42,847 nucleotides of DNA from IMG/VR virus record IMGVR_UViG_3300045988_015629, one strand, 5' to 3'. Below the pieces are notes generated by a model, which saw only the letters and a program-made list of their open reading frames with translations, ran no database searches and was not told where the DNA came from. Shown here one piece after another: positions 1-9,140 of this stretch. The position numbers were made by a program, and so were the translations under genes. The number at the start of each line of letters is the position of its first letter. Within the stretch, counting starts at the first letter, position 1. This stretch comes from a virus. Lineage: Duplodnaviria > Heunggongvirae > Uroviricota > Caudoviricetes.

Positions 1-271
1 CGGTAGTAGCGAGCGAAGTTTTCTCGTAGGTGGCGGCGGTAGCGCCTGGGATAGCGTTGTTATCTTTGTACCACTGGTATGTGTACGGGGCCAGACCGCC
101 AGTTACGGCTACGGTAAGAGTCATCGTCTGCCCCGTAGACTTGGTAGTGGTAGCGGCAAGTGCGGTAGAAAAAGATGCGGGCGAGATATTCGCCATATCG
201 ATTTCAACCTGACCATCGGCAGGAGAATCATCAGAAACACCGGTAATGCGACGTTTAATTACATCAACCAT
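1..271 (-). CDS. Ig-like domain virion protein, N-terminal part; gene crosses the window junction and continues at 42713..42792 (total about 116 aa)
   Basis: ATG at 271-269 preceded by AAGGAG; reading frame is continuous with the ORF ending at 42713 once the 55-bp terminal overlap is removed; translation contains a YTYQWYKDNNAIPGATAATY motif typical of phage Ig-like domains. Confidence 0.6.
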   Translation of the reverse strand, partial: MVDVIKRRITGVSDDSPADGQVEIDMANISPASFSTALAATTTKSTGQTMTLTVAVTGGLAPYTYQWYKDNNAIPGATAATYEKTSLATT

Positions 272-283
272 TTTTAAGCTCCT

Positions 284-583
284 TTAGCTTACGGTTCCTG
301 CGTTTTTAAGCGCAGTCAACAGATTTGCTACGGTAGTGCGCAGCGCGGTAACATCAGTTCGGAGTTTGTTGTACTCCGCTACAAGAGCATCGAACTCGGC
401 CTTAGTCAGGTCCGCAGCGGACTGCGACCCGGCGGCAGCGGTAATGGCCGCGGGTGCATCCACAGTAGCTGACTTTTTAACGCCACCAACTACGCTGGTA
501 GTAGCAGGCGTGACTGGGATATCAAAGTCGCCGAAATCGACATTCTGAAGGCTGCGCGGCAAGCCTTTTCCGGTCTTAGCCAT
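284..583 (-). CDS. hypothetical virion-associated protein (99 aa)
   Basis: ORF directly downstream of the capsid gene on the same strand; no recognisable motif. Confidence 0.45.
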   Translation of the reverse strand: MAKTGKGLPRSLQNVDFGDFDIPVTPATTSVVGGVKKSATVDAPAAITAAAGSQSAADLTKAEFDALVAEYNKLRTDVTALRTTVANLLTALKNAGTVS

Positions 584-642
584 AATTTACCTCTTAGTAA
601 ATGAAAAGAGGGACCGAAGTCCATCTCGATTATATCTTAACC

Positions 643-1692
643 TTAAGCCCCGACACCAGTTACCAGGAAGGCAATCGGTACATGCTTACGGTCAACCACA
701 CGGTTCCAGTTGGAGGCGTTCGCCAGGTCCTGCCAGGAAGCGGAACGTGCGACAGTCTCGGTGCCGTTACCGGTGATTACCGCGCTGGTGAAGCTGTAGC
801 CCAGTGGATGCAGCAACCAGGTCTTACGGGTCCACAGGGTTTCAACGCCGCCACCGTTGCCGCGGGATTCTTCGCGCTCGTAGGCCAGCGGATTGGCCGG
901 GGAGCCTTCGCCGTAACCGATAGCGCCATTGCCAAAGATGATGGAGATGAACTTACGGCTCGGGCCGGTGCCGACTACGGTCATGCTGTCGTCAACAATC
1001 ACACGGTAGCCCTGGTAGGTGGCAAACATGGTGTTGTTGTCGGCATCTTTGATGAAATCGATAAGCTGCTGCTTACGCGCCTGAGCGTACACGAAGCTGT
1101 GCATCGCGATAGCACCCAGCACTTCACCGCCGTTGGCCATCAGCGCATCGCCCATAGTCTGGGTAGCGTCGATGAACGCGCCGGAGTCGAAGCCCAGAGT
1201 AGCGGACACGTCGATTACCATGTCATTCTGCTCGTGGTAAGCATCGGTAGCGGCTACGTTGTCGTTGTACAGACCGAGCGCGGTAGCAATCAGACGGCGT
1301 TGTGCCTGACGCTGCCAGAAGTTATCCAGACGGGACGCTACGGATTGCAGAGGGTTCTGGCTGGTCAGTTCGACAGTCAGGTCCGCCTGACCGAAACCTT
1401 CGTTCAGGTGCGCAACGCGGGCCATCATCTCGCCAGTCTGCACATTACGCGGGGTAGCGATGTCCTGATAAACATCGTTCGAGTAGTTAGGCTCGATAGA
1501 AGTATCAATCGCTTTCCAGAAAGGAATGTTGGCGACGTTGGACGGACCGCGAGCAATCTCGGCAGCGTACGGAGTCGGGGTCAGAATACCAGACTGGAAG
1601 AACGCGGTTTTTTCTACCGGGTCCTCGGTCATATAAGACGCCAGGACCGGGATGTTGCCAGTTACGATATCGCCGATAGTGGTAATTGCCAT
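643..1692 (-). CDS. major capsid protein (HK97-fold type inferred)
   Basis: 349-aa ORF immediately after the scaffold gene, strong RBS GAGGAAATAATA before ATG at 1692, position in head module. Confidence 0.75.
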   Translation of the reverse strand: MAITTIGDIVTGNIPVLASYMTEDPVEKTAFFQSGILTPTPYAAEIARGPSNVANIPFWKAIDTSIEPNYSNDVYQDIATPRNVQTGEMMARVAHLNEGFGQADLTVELTSQNPLQSVASRLDNFWQRQAQRRLIATALGLYNDNVAATDAYHEQNDMVIDVSATLGFDSGAFIDATQTMGDALMANGGEVLGAIAMHSFVYAQARKQQLIDFIKDADNNTMFATYQGYRVIVDDSMTVVGTGPSRKFISIIFGNGAIGYGEGSPANPLAYEREESRGNGGGVETLWTRKTWLLHPLGYSFTSAVITGNGTETVARSASWQDLANASNWNRVVDRKHVPIAFLVTGVGA

Positions 1693-1694
1693 TA

Positions 1695-2396
1695 TTATTT
1701 CCTCAGGGCTTTAAGTTGCCGTTCAAATTCGGCAGGGTTCGATTTATACAGGGCTAAACGCTCTGCTTCACTCATGTCTTTAAACGCTGGTGCGGCCCCG
1801 CCGCCTTTGCTACCGGAAGCCCCGCCGCCGGAAGCTGCATTTGCTTTAATCAAATGCGAAAACGCTTTATGTTCGCGCAGGTATTTGCGGAACTGTTCCG
1901 GGTCAGTTGTGACTACGTTGCCATCCGCGCCGACAAACTTAGTAACCACATCATCACCTTCAAACTCAGTCTTAACGAACGGCGCGAGAATGTCTACTGC
2001 TTCCGGGGTAATGAAGTCACCCGCGAAAGAACCTAACACCGCTTTGCGTTCGCTGCCGAGGATGCGCTCTGCCATTCTGGAGATGCGACCATCTTTCTCG
2101 GCTAACACCGGGTCATACTGGCTACGAATCGTCTTTTCGAACTCGTCCATCTTACCGGCGGCTTTCAGGGCCTCCTGGTGTGCACGCTGCCGCTCTTCTT
2201 CGGCCTCTTTTGCTTTACGAGCGGCTTCTTTCTTCTCGTTCAGCAATGCTTCCTGGTTAGCCTTAAGCCCGGCGACTTCTTTCTCAATCAGCGCCTGCAC
2301 TTCTTCGGCTGTGTACATTTTAGGTGCGTCACCGCCCCCTGATTTATCTTCTGCTCCAGCTTCTTCCTGGAACGGATAACGTAAAAAACGATTCAT
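1695..2396 (-). CDS. scaffolding protein
   Basis: A/E/K-rich predicted coiled-coil protein directly upstream of the capsid gene; track ORF extends to 2450 but the internal ATG at 2396 (MNRFLRYPF) is the likelier start. Confidence 0.55.
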   Translation of the reverse strand: MNRFLRYPFQEEAGAEDKSGGGDAPKMYTAEEVQALIEKEVAGLKANQEALLNEKKEAARKAKEAEEERQRAHQEALKAAGKMDEFEKTIRSQYDPVLAEKDGRISRMAERILGSERKAVLGSFAGDFITPEAVDILAPFVKTEFEGDDVVTKFVGADGNVVTTDPEQFRKYLREHKAFSHLIKANAASGGGASGSKGGGAAPAFKDMSEAERLALYKSNPAEFERQLKALRK

Positions 2397-2478
2397 AGTC
2401 AGTATGTCCCCTGGACGTTGGAACCCGGGCCACCCGGATTTACATGTCAAGAATAAATTATTCCAACATACAAGGCAA

Positions 2479-2742
2479 CTATTCCAGAATATTCCTCACG
2501 TAATCCTGCAACATGAACACTTTAAGTCTCAGTTGCCGTACACATTCTGCGTTCTGGACGTCAATAGCTAAATCCTCGTCCGCGTCGCTACTTGGCGCCG
2601 CCAGTTTGCACGGCGGCTGCATCATCGTCGTATCCGGGGATGGAATTGGCGTTGGCGACGGCACGTGACTTGAGCTGCACGCGCTCAGGGTCAAAAGTGC
2701 ACACGCTGCGACCAGGCGTTTTAATGTACTTAACGACTTCAC
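2479..2742 (-). CDS. o-spanin (Rz1-like outer-membrane lipoprotein)
   Basis: Signal peptide with lipobox LTLSAC followed by a proline-rich segment; starts inside the Rz-like gene in another frame and extends past its stop. Confidence 0.6.
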   Translation of the reverse strand: MKSLSTLKRLVAACALLTLSACSSSHVPSPTPIPSPDTTMMQPPCKLAAPSSDADEDLAIDVQNAECVRQLRLKVFMLQDYVRNILE

Positions 2743-2974
2743 GGGTGATTACCTCTGATTTCGTCTTGCCTTCGTTGTCAGCGGCGGCGGCCTTTGATTC
2801 GTCCTGCTGCTGCCGTTGTGTTTTCTTCGCTAACTCAGCCTGTGCTTTCTGCTGTTGCTGCGAAACGAGATTCGCCCGGCCTTCGTTCCAGCCGCTGCGG
2901 TACTGGTAGATGCCGTGTGCGTAAGCCAGGATGATGAAACATGCCCCCGCTACGACAGTTGCTTTAAGATTCAT
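2588..2974 (-). CDS. i-spanin (Rz-like)
   Basis: N-terminal transmembrane anchor, Q/K/E-rich coiled coil, overlapping partner lipoprotein ORF. Confidence 0.65.
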   Translation of the reverse strand: MNLKATVVAGACFIILAYAHGIYQYRSGWNEGRANLVSQQQQKAQAELAKKTQRQQQDESKAAAADNEGKTKSEVITREVVKYIKTPGRSVCTFDPERVQLKSRAVANANSIPGYDDDAAAVQTGGAK

Positions 2975-2996
2975 GTTTCCCCTTTCTCGATAAGTA

Positions 2997-3020
2997 AAGC
3001 CCCGCCTTAAAGCGGGGCGC
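2997..3020 (-). terminator. terminator-like hairpin (GCCCCGC-loop-GCGGGGC) with a short U-tract, between conserved element A and the spanin start
   Basis: GC stem-loop then TTTACTT on the minus strand; weak U-run so possibly conditional. Confidence 0.4.
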
Positions 3021-3144
3021 TAGTCCTTATCATTTAAACATAGAAACGGCGTAATCTCAGTAAACCAGTTACTTTTTACACAAGCAATAGAGTATGGCCC
3101 TTCCGAACGCGTCAGCGTAACTACACTCAGGACTTACGTCCCGC

Positions 3145-3235
3145 TCCGTTACCTGCCCGCGCCGCGGTCGCTTGTTCATACTTCACAAGCTCAGGTGGAG
3201 CTTAGCACATTTTTGGTGAAAAGTCAACTATTCGA
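3145..3235 (-). promoter_or_regulatory. conserved promoter-plus-leader element A (TTGACT-N17-TAAGCT, then a 38-nt core identical to element B containing a hairpin)
   Basis: -35 at 3222-3227 and -10 at 3199-3204 on the minus strand; core 3158-3195 is identical to 14005-14042. Confidence 0.55.
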
Positions 3236-3292
3236 ATAGTTTATTCCAACATTTACAATTGAGTGGAATAACTGGAATAGTCACAGGCACTA

Positions 3293-3315
3293 AAAAGCCC
3301 CTTTCGGGGCTTCAG
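3293..3315 (-). terminator. rho-independent terminator after the Ig-like gene
   Basis: GCCCCGAAAGGGGC hairpin followed by TTTTT on the minus strand. Confidence 0.7.
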
Positions 3316-3316
3316 T

Positions 3317-3778
3317 TTATTCTGGCTTAGTAACCTTCGCTGCTTTACTTACGGCCTCTATACCATCGGCATCAGTGACTTTAACGAAGTATTCACCAAC
3401 TGCGTTAACCGTCAGAGACAGAGCCTCTTCCGGGGCGTTTACCACTTCCTTCCCGTCTTTGTACCAGGTCAGTGCATATGGTGCTTTGCCCGCCTTAACT
3501 TCGACAGCGATATTTGCGCTGCCGTCTGCCAGTTCAGCGTCCTGCGGTTGTACGGAGAAATACACATCACCAGCATCCGCCAGGTACTGAATCTCATAAA
3601 GCATACCTGCCGCTGGCAGCGCAATACCGGTCTTGTCCGCAAACGGCATATCGTCCACTGGGGTTCCGAGTACACTTTCGTCTTCAATAAACACCACGTT
3701 CTCGCCAGAGCCAGACACGCGGGCGTACTGGACTACGCGACGAGACGGTACGTCAGTTACTTTGAAAAAGCCCATCAT
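3317..3778 (-). CDS. Ig-like domain protein (possible head decoration/accessory protein)
   Basis: C-terminal YALTWYKDGKEV...GEYFVKVTDADG resembles Ig-like domains; located in head module. Confidence 0.55.
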   Translation of the reverse strand: MMGFFKVTDVPSRRVVQYARVSGSGENVVFIEDESVLGTPVDDMPFADKTGIALPAAGMLYEIQYLADAGDVYFSVQPQDAELADGSANIAVEVKAGKAPYALTWYKDGKEVVNAPEEALSLTVNAVGEYFVKVTDADGIEAVSKAAKVTKPE

Positions 3779-4854
3779 TAATCCCCTTTCAGATAATCAG
3801 CAACACGTTTATCGAGTTCCGCCATCTGCTTAAGCGTGAGCGGATTCCCGAAACCATCTACAGATATTACGCGAAACTCTTCCGGCGATATACCGCTGTT
3901 ACGGAAAATCTTACCTCGCACCGGGCCGAGCGCCTGGTCCTGAAACCACGCCGGTTGTTGTTTAAGGAACTCGTAGTAAGTGGTATCCGCGCTTACTTGC
4001 GTTCCGCCATCAGCACCTTTGGCAGCACGTTTTGCGCCTGCATCAAGGAAGTCGAACTCTGAGCTAATTACAGGTGCTGTGGTACTTCGACAATTCGGAT
4101 GGGCTGGCGGCGTAGGGCCTTTACCGATTTCCCATGTCATGCCATCTCTGGCCTTGCATATCGTGCTGGTACGGCTGTCCAGTGTTGACACCCATTCGTA
4201 TTTCTCGATGATGTCGCTGTTCTGCCGATAAGTCTCGTTGCGGGCTTCGTTAGATACGTGTGAAAGTGCGGTGCGGATTACGGTAGCGGCATTGCGCTCT
4301 GAGATGTCCGCCAGCCCGCCGGAGCCAACAACGCTCTTGATAATCTGCCGTGTTGTCTGGCCCTGTACAAACCCCATCTTAACGCCAGTTACTAGGCGCG
4401 ACACTTCTGTTTCACCCCAGCCTTCCATAAGTTTCGTGAAATCTGCTGGCTTGTCGCTTAAAGCCAGCGGTCGGAACACAGCGGCGGACCACACCTGCTC
4501 AGCGGTAGGGGTAACAAATTCCGTGTTAACGTTAGCCGCGAGTGTCTTCACATTCCACTCGGCCTCGTACGCCGCCAGTTCCTTAAGGTCTTCTGTCAGC
4601 TTCGTTTGCCAGTCACCGGTTAACCCGGTCAGTGCTTCTTCCAGGTCACGTAACAGTTTATTCAGTCGCGCAGTGCTGCGACCGTCGTCGCCGAATAGCA
4701 GCACCTGCCGTTTGATTTCATCCCGCATCTCCTGAATGAACGGCGCGAGGTCTTTCACCTCACCGGATGCGGTGCGTTGCAGCCATATCTGGTGGCTGAT
4801 TAGTGATGTAAGTAAGCTCATAGATAAACCCTGTGGCGCTAAAGTTAATAGCAT
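3778..4854 (-). CDS. head morphogenesis protein (Mu F / SPP1 gp7-like minor head protein)
   Basis: Conserved EWVSTLDSRTSTICKARDGMTW...PPAHPNCRST region typical of the Mu-F family; follows portal; true start may be the ATG at 4821. Confidence 0.75.
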   Translation of the reverse strand: MLLTLAPQGLSMSLLTSLISHQIWLQRTASGEVKDLAPFIQEMRDEIKRQVLLFGDDGRSTARLNKLLRDLEEALTGLTGDWQTKLTEDLKELAAYEAEWNVKTLAANVNTEFVTPTAEQVWSAAVFRPLALSDKPADFTKLMEGWGETEVSRLVTGVKMGFVQGQTTRQIIKSVVGSGGLADISERNAATVIRTALSHVSNEARNETYRQNSDIIEKYEWVSTLDSRTSTICKARDGMTWEIGKGPTPPAHPNCRSTTAPVISSEFDFLDAGAKRAAKGADGGTQVSADTTYYEFLKQQPAWFQDQALGPVRGKIFRNSGISPEEFRVISVDGFGNPLTLKQMAELDKRVADYLKGD

Positions 4855-4863
4855 ACTATAAGA

Positions 4864-4884
4864 AAGCCCCTTTCGGGGCTACAG
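4864..4884 (-). terminator. terminator-like hairpin between the portal and head morphogenesis genes
   Basis: GCCCCGAAAGGGGC followed by TTTCTT on the minus strand. Confidence 0.4.
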
Positions 4885-4890
4885 GTGAAC

Positions 4891-6372
4891 TTATTGCTGG
4901 GTGGCATCCTGCTGTTGCGCCGACTGCGGAATCTCGCCAGTTACCTGAGTAACAGCGCCTAACGGCACAGGTGCATCCTCAATAGCCGTTGTAATCTCCT
5001 CGTCAGTCCAGTCAGTTACCCCAGCCTTACGCAACGCGGCGTAGTAAGCAGTTGCCGGTAGTAAACCGGCATTAATGTCTGCCATCCACTGCGCACGGTC
5101 CTGAGCGGTCATTGGTTGCAGGAAGAATTCCATATTCAGCTTGAACTCAATTTCCGTTCCTTCGCGTAGACCCAGCATCGCAGCCACCCAACGCAACGCT
5201 TCGGTGTACGCCATGCTTACGTTACGCGCAATGGTTGCCATTGCGGACGTATCGGCAGCACGTTGCAGGCGAGCGGATTCGGCGGTGATTTGCTGCGTAG
5301 GCGTGATAAGCTGTGCACCAATCCGGATTGCCTGATTCTCTTTATCCAACATGTTCTGTTTGGCGAGGTTATTCTCTCCCGCCTGGACCAGAAACGCGTT
5401 GCCGCCGTAGCCGATATTGTGGCCCGAACGTGAACCCATACGTACGCCGTGGGGGTTGGCCTCTTTCCATTGCACCATGCTCATGTTCTCACCGGGGGCG
5501 ATGAACAGAGTGGGCTGGCCTACAACGAAGCTAGATTCCTCATTGTCTGCGCTGTTGCGAAAATGCCCGATATTAAGCTCAGCTAACGGCAGCAAAGGCG
5601 CATCATCAACCGTCGCGTCGTTGTTGCTGGCCCCGATGAACGTGAACGGGATTTTACCGCGCAACTGTTCGCCCAGTTCCGGGAAGATTTCTATTACTTC
5701 GTCTTGCGCGCCGCCTTCCGCATCGAATCGGTATATGCGCTGACGGTAGCGCCCGTCAATCAAGTCGAGAACGCGGTATTGTTCCCCAGACTTGGTTTCA
5801 AACTCGGCTCCAGGTTCTGAATATTCCCATACCTCACGCAGCACTACCATCGTAACGCGGTTAACAGAGCCTACGCGAGTGAGTCGCCAGTTGATGATGT
5901 TCTCTGCGGTATAGAATGCGATGACCGGGTTTAATAATCCGGCGTTCTGTTCGGCTGCCGTCGCTGCCGCTGTCTCCGGCGCATCCACCAGTAAACCGCC
6001 ACGACCCACCGAGTCAATCTCCATCAGCGTATCCTGCGCGTGCTGCCACAGGCCAACACCCGAGCCATCGGCATTGCGTAACAGGTATTCCAGTTCACGT
6101 GGAATAATCTGCTCCGGGTCTTTTCGCATTACCGAGCCAACCATACCCGACAGGGTACGCTTGGTGAAATTGTAGCAGATAGCGCCGTTCTCGTATTCTT
6201 CCTGGCGCTGGGCTGCATAAGTTGGGTCCGGCTCGTTCTTCCCGACGTTTCGCAGATAGCGGATAAGGTCACCCTCCAGTGCGTGGCGCACCTTCTGCCA
6301 TTTATCGAAGTGATGCAGCCATTCCCGGTGTTTTGTCTTAACACCCTGATTCTGACCGTTCATAGTTAACAT
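4891..6372 (-). CDS. portal protein
   Basis: 493-aa ORF between large terminase and Mu-F-like gene, the canonical portal position. Confidence 0.7.
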   Translation of the reverse strand: MLTMNGQNQGVKTKHREWLHHFDKWQKVRHALEGDLIRYLRNVGKNEPDPTYAAQRQEEYENGAICYNFTKRTLSGMVGSVMRKDPEQIIPRELEYLLRNADGSGVGLWQHAQDTLMEIDSVGRGGLLVDAPETAAATAAEQNAGLLNPVIAFYTAENIINWRLTRVGSVNRVTMVVLREVWEYSEPGAEFETKSGEQYRVLDLIDGRYRQRIYRFDAEGGAQDEVIEIFPELGEQLRGKIPFTFIGASNNDATVDDAPLLPLAELNIGHFRNSADNEESSFVVGQPTLFIAPGENMSMVQWKEANPHGVRMGSRSGHNIGYGGNAFLVQAGENNLAKQNMLDKENQAIRIGAQLITPTQQITAESARLQRAADTSAMATIARNVSMAYTEALRWVAAMLGLREGTEIEFKLNMEFFLQPMTAQDRAQWMADINAGLLPATAYYAALRKAGVTDWTDEEITTAIEDAPVPLGAVTQVTGEIPQSAQQQDATQQ

Positions 6373-6384
6373 TGAATAATCCTC

Positions 6385-7635
6385 TTAAAGTGCGAAAGTC
6401 ACCGGGATGTTGATTACTGGTTTAACCACCGGCATCTCGTAAACTACAGGATAGCCGAGAGCATCTGCCATATGGTCAATGATGCCGTCTTTAGCTGGCT
6501 CTCCGTTATCATCGTATGCCTGCTGCTCCAGCGTCTTCGCTATCTCGGGGCATAAGTGGTCATTAACCCACAGCTTACCTTTTTCCAGTGCGGTATTCAC
6601 GGCTAAAACACGGTCTTTAACCGGAGGGTTGGCGGATTTAGCGCGAACATCGAAACCGGCCTGCTGGAGTAACGCAATATCTGAGATTGACGCCGAGTTG
6701 GTCTTGCGGTTCTTGCCGCTGGCGTCCGGGTAAACGACTATGCGGTGGCCCTGCGACTTCCACTTCTCAGTAATTACACGCACGGTGTCCGGCGTATCAA
6801 ACAGACCTTTCAGTTCTGCCACCGCGTGCCAGCCGTCTTTACGTTGCACATACACGGCGCTGGCGTTCTTCGTAACGTTGAAGTCCTGCCCGATGTACAG
6901 TGTATCGCCCGGTTGAATTGTCTCTTTGCTGCGGTGCTTGCGACGGTCATACGCATAATACACGCTGCCGGATGTCAGGTTAACGAACTCACCGTTCAGG
7001 TACGCGTTAATCAGTTGCGCGGGGTAAGTCTCGGTCAGTGAGCTAATGTAGTCAGGCGGCAGGAATCGCGCGTTCTCGTGTGTAGAAGCCTGCACCATCG
7101 AGTAACTCGGCGTCGGGTTCTCTTTGAACTTGGCGTAGACGAACTTGAACCCTTCCGGTGTCGTGGTGACAGAGATGTGGTTAGTTACGCCGGGGATAAC
7201 CAGACGCATACGGGCGACTATTTTGTTCCACGCCAGCTCAGCTTTCTCACGGCTCAATACATCAAGCTCATCCACGACCGCAGCAGCGATTTTGAAGCCG
7301 ACTATCGAGCCTGGGTTATCCATAGAACGGCAGATAACTGTACCGAGCACCGTCTTACCGCGAGTAACCACGACTTCTTTGTCGCCAGATTTAACCAGCA
7401 CATCGAGGCCGAGCAGGTTAGCGGCTTCCTCAAATGTCGGGTAGAAGATGTCACGGATAGCCGGGTATGTCGGGCCGAAGTAACCCAGGCGCGTACCTGG
7501 ATGCTTGAGCATAAACGTAAGCAGGTCAAGGCAGCCAACAAATGTCTTTCCGCTGCCGAAGCCGCCGACATAGGCTTTGTATTTGTTATCGCAATTCAGG
7601 AACAGTGCCTGCGGTGCGGATAGCTGAATACTCAT
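6385..7635 (-). CDS. terminase large subunit
   Basis: Walker A GGFGSGKT and Walker B VVDELD in the N-terminal ATPase region; RBS GGTAGAGGA before the start. Confidence 0.85.
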   Translation of the reverse strand: MSIQLSAPQALFLNCDNKYKAYVGGFGSGKTFVGCLDLLTFMLKHPGTRLGYFGPTYPAIRDIFYPTFEEAANLLGLDVLVKSGDKEVVVTRGKTVLGTVICRSMDNPGSIVGFKIAAAVVDELDVLSREKAELAWNKIVARMRLVIPGVTNHISVTTTPEGFKFVYAKFKENPTPSYSMVQASTHENARFLPPDYISSLTETYPAQLINAYLNGEFVNLTSGSVYYAYDRRKHRSKETIQPGDTLYIGQDFNVTKNASAVYVQRKDGWHAVAELKGLFDTPDTVRVITEKWKSQGHRIVVYPDASGKNRKTNSASISDIALLQQAGFDVRAKSANPPVKDRVLAVNTALEKGKLWVNDHLCPEIAKTLEQQAYDDNGEPAKDGIIDHMADALGYPVVYEMPVVKPVINIPVTFAL

Positions 7636-8177
7636 TCCTCTACCTCACCCATATTCGTTGTTACAATTTTACCTACAGGCTCTGCAACACTAAAAATAAT
7701 CTCAGTCGGTGCCGTTTCTTCGGTGGATTCGACTGGTTTCTCTTTACCGAGGCCCAGTTTAGCTGCGGCGAACGTAGCAGAGATGCCCGCGGCCCCTGTC
7801 TCAGTGAAATATGCCTCTTCCAGCGCCTGTGCTGTTTCATAGGCTTCTGCAAATGCGGGAATCTCACGCAGCCACAGCTTAATAATCGGGATAGTTACGC
7901 CGATGTGTAAGGCGAAGCGGGCCAGTGACGGCGGTTTATCCTGAATCAGCGGACGTTCGTCACCCTTGGACGTAGGCACAAGTTCCCACGACGTACGGTC
8001 GAAGAACTCGATTAACGCGTCGCAATAGTCCGGGTCCCACAACGTGGCGGAATTACGGGACAATTGATAAAGGCTCTGTTTCCCACGCGGTCGCCTACGG
8101 CGGCGGTTTGCACTAACAGCTTCTTCATGTGCAGCTTGCACCACCTCTGGCGATGGCTGCTTGAGTTTCAGCTTCAT
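7632..8177 (-). CDS. terminase small subunit (putative)
   Basis: ORF immediately upstream of and overlapping the large terminase; ATG at 8177 has RBS AAGGGG; no motif recognised. Confidence 0.5.
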   Translation of the reverse strand: MKLKLKQPSPEVVQAAHEEAVSANRRRRRPRGKQSLYQLSRNSATLWDPDYCDALIEFFDRTSWELVPTSKGDERPLIQDKPPSLARFALHIGVTIPIIKLWLREIPAFAEAYETAQALEEAYFTETGAAGISATFAAAKLGLGKEKPVESTEETAPTEIIFSVAEPVGKIVTTNMGEVEE

Positions 8178-8273
8178 ATAATCCCCTTGCATATGCGTCT
8201 GACCATCAGAGCGCACCAGACGCGCCCTACGCGTCTAAAGGGAGTATATAGGGTGATTGGGCAGGATGTACAG

Positions 8274-8295
8274 AAAAGCCCTCGGTAGAGGGCTT
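8274..8295 (-). terminator. rho-independent terminator at the end of the minus-strand early region
   Basis: GCCCTC-GGTA-GAGGGC hairpin followed by TTTTCTG on the minus strand. Confidence 0.6.
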
Positions 8296-8551
8296 GTATC
8301 AGTTGTATAGGCCGTGGCGTGGTGCTCTTTTACCGTCGCCGCCGTAATGGTCGTTAGCTACGGGAATGGCCCAGGCGTTAGGGATGATTAGTAGTCTCAT
8401 TTGAAGAAACCATCCTTGACAAGCTGACGGTATAGTTTAGCTGCGTAACGCTCTGCCTGGCCTTTGCGCCGAAATATTTTCCCATTAACTGAATACTTAT
8501 TTAACTCTGGCTCGTACCAAACTTGGTTGTCGATGAACTCCAGAATACTAA

Positions 8552-8812
8552 TCATTCCCCACTCCCCTCTTTAGCGATACGTTGCTCTGTTTTAGTAATA
8601 CCCCGGCGCGTGAATAACACCGGGCTTGTCTTAACGTGCGTCATCAGACGATTGTTATAAATTACATGGCGTTCACAATCGACGTCTTTGCTGTACTTCG
8701 CAATCGTCATTTCGTTGATGCCGGTTTGTCGGCATGTCTCCGCCATCGTGCCAAATTCTTTAATCAGGTTCGGAATGCTGGTAATCATCCTAAGAAATTC
8801 CTCGTTGTCCAC
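8552..8812 (-). CDS. hypothetical early protein (86 aa)
   Basis: ORF in the early small-gene cluster. Confidence 0.4.
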   Translation of the reverse strand: MDNEEFLRMITSIPNLIKEFGTMAETCRQTGINEMTIAKYSKDVDCERHVIYNNRLMTHVKTSPVLFTRRGITKTEQRIAKEGSGE

Positions 8813-8957
8813 ATCGCATTCGGATATTTATTATCACGGTCCTGTACCACAGCAATCATGTTTCCGCGTTGCACCAGGCAGAAGTGCCGTTGTTGTTCAC
8901 CGTTGTAGCGACGCCAGATTGCTTCTTCGATTGCCGCATCAATGTCACTGAACATAA

Positions 8958-9140
8958 TCACCCCACTATCTCATCACCAAGCCACGCCGTTTCTCGTATA
9001 TCATCGACCACACAGGCGGCGTGCTCACGGCTAATTGCAAAAATGTAGAAACTAAACTTCTTCCCGTCGGCGTCGATATGGTTAACCGAGTAGGGTTTCC
9101 ACAGGACACCATCGATAACTACGGGTTCAGGCGCTTTCAT
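8958..9140 (-). CDS. hypothetical early protein (60 aa)
   Basis: ORF in the early cluster, overlapping its neighbour at the start/stop. Confidence 0.35.
   Translation of the reverse strand: MKAPEPVVIDGVLWKPYSVNHIDADGKKFSFYIFAISREHAACVVDDIRETAWLGDEIVG

Noticed and set aside
1-55. 55-bp terminal repeat as a biological direct terminal repeat
   Set aside because: Exact identity, short length and a coding sequence running straight through the junction favour an assembly overlap over true DTRs.
601-2379. 592-aa plus-strand ORF antisense to the major capsid and scaffold genes
   Set aside because: Fully overlapped by two well-supported minus-strand genes with RBSs; the translation is low-complexity (A/S/R/G-rich), typical of antisense frames in GC-balanced coding DNA.
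7078-7623. 181-aa plus-strand ORF antisense to the large terminase gene
   Set aside because: Antisense to a motif-supported gene; no start context.
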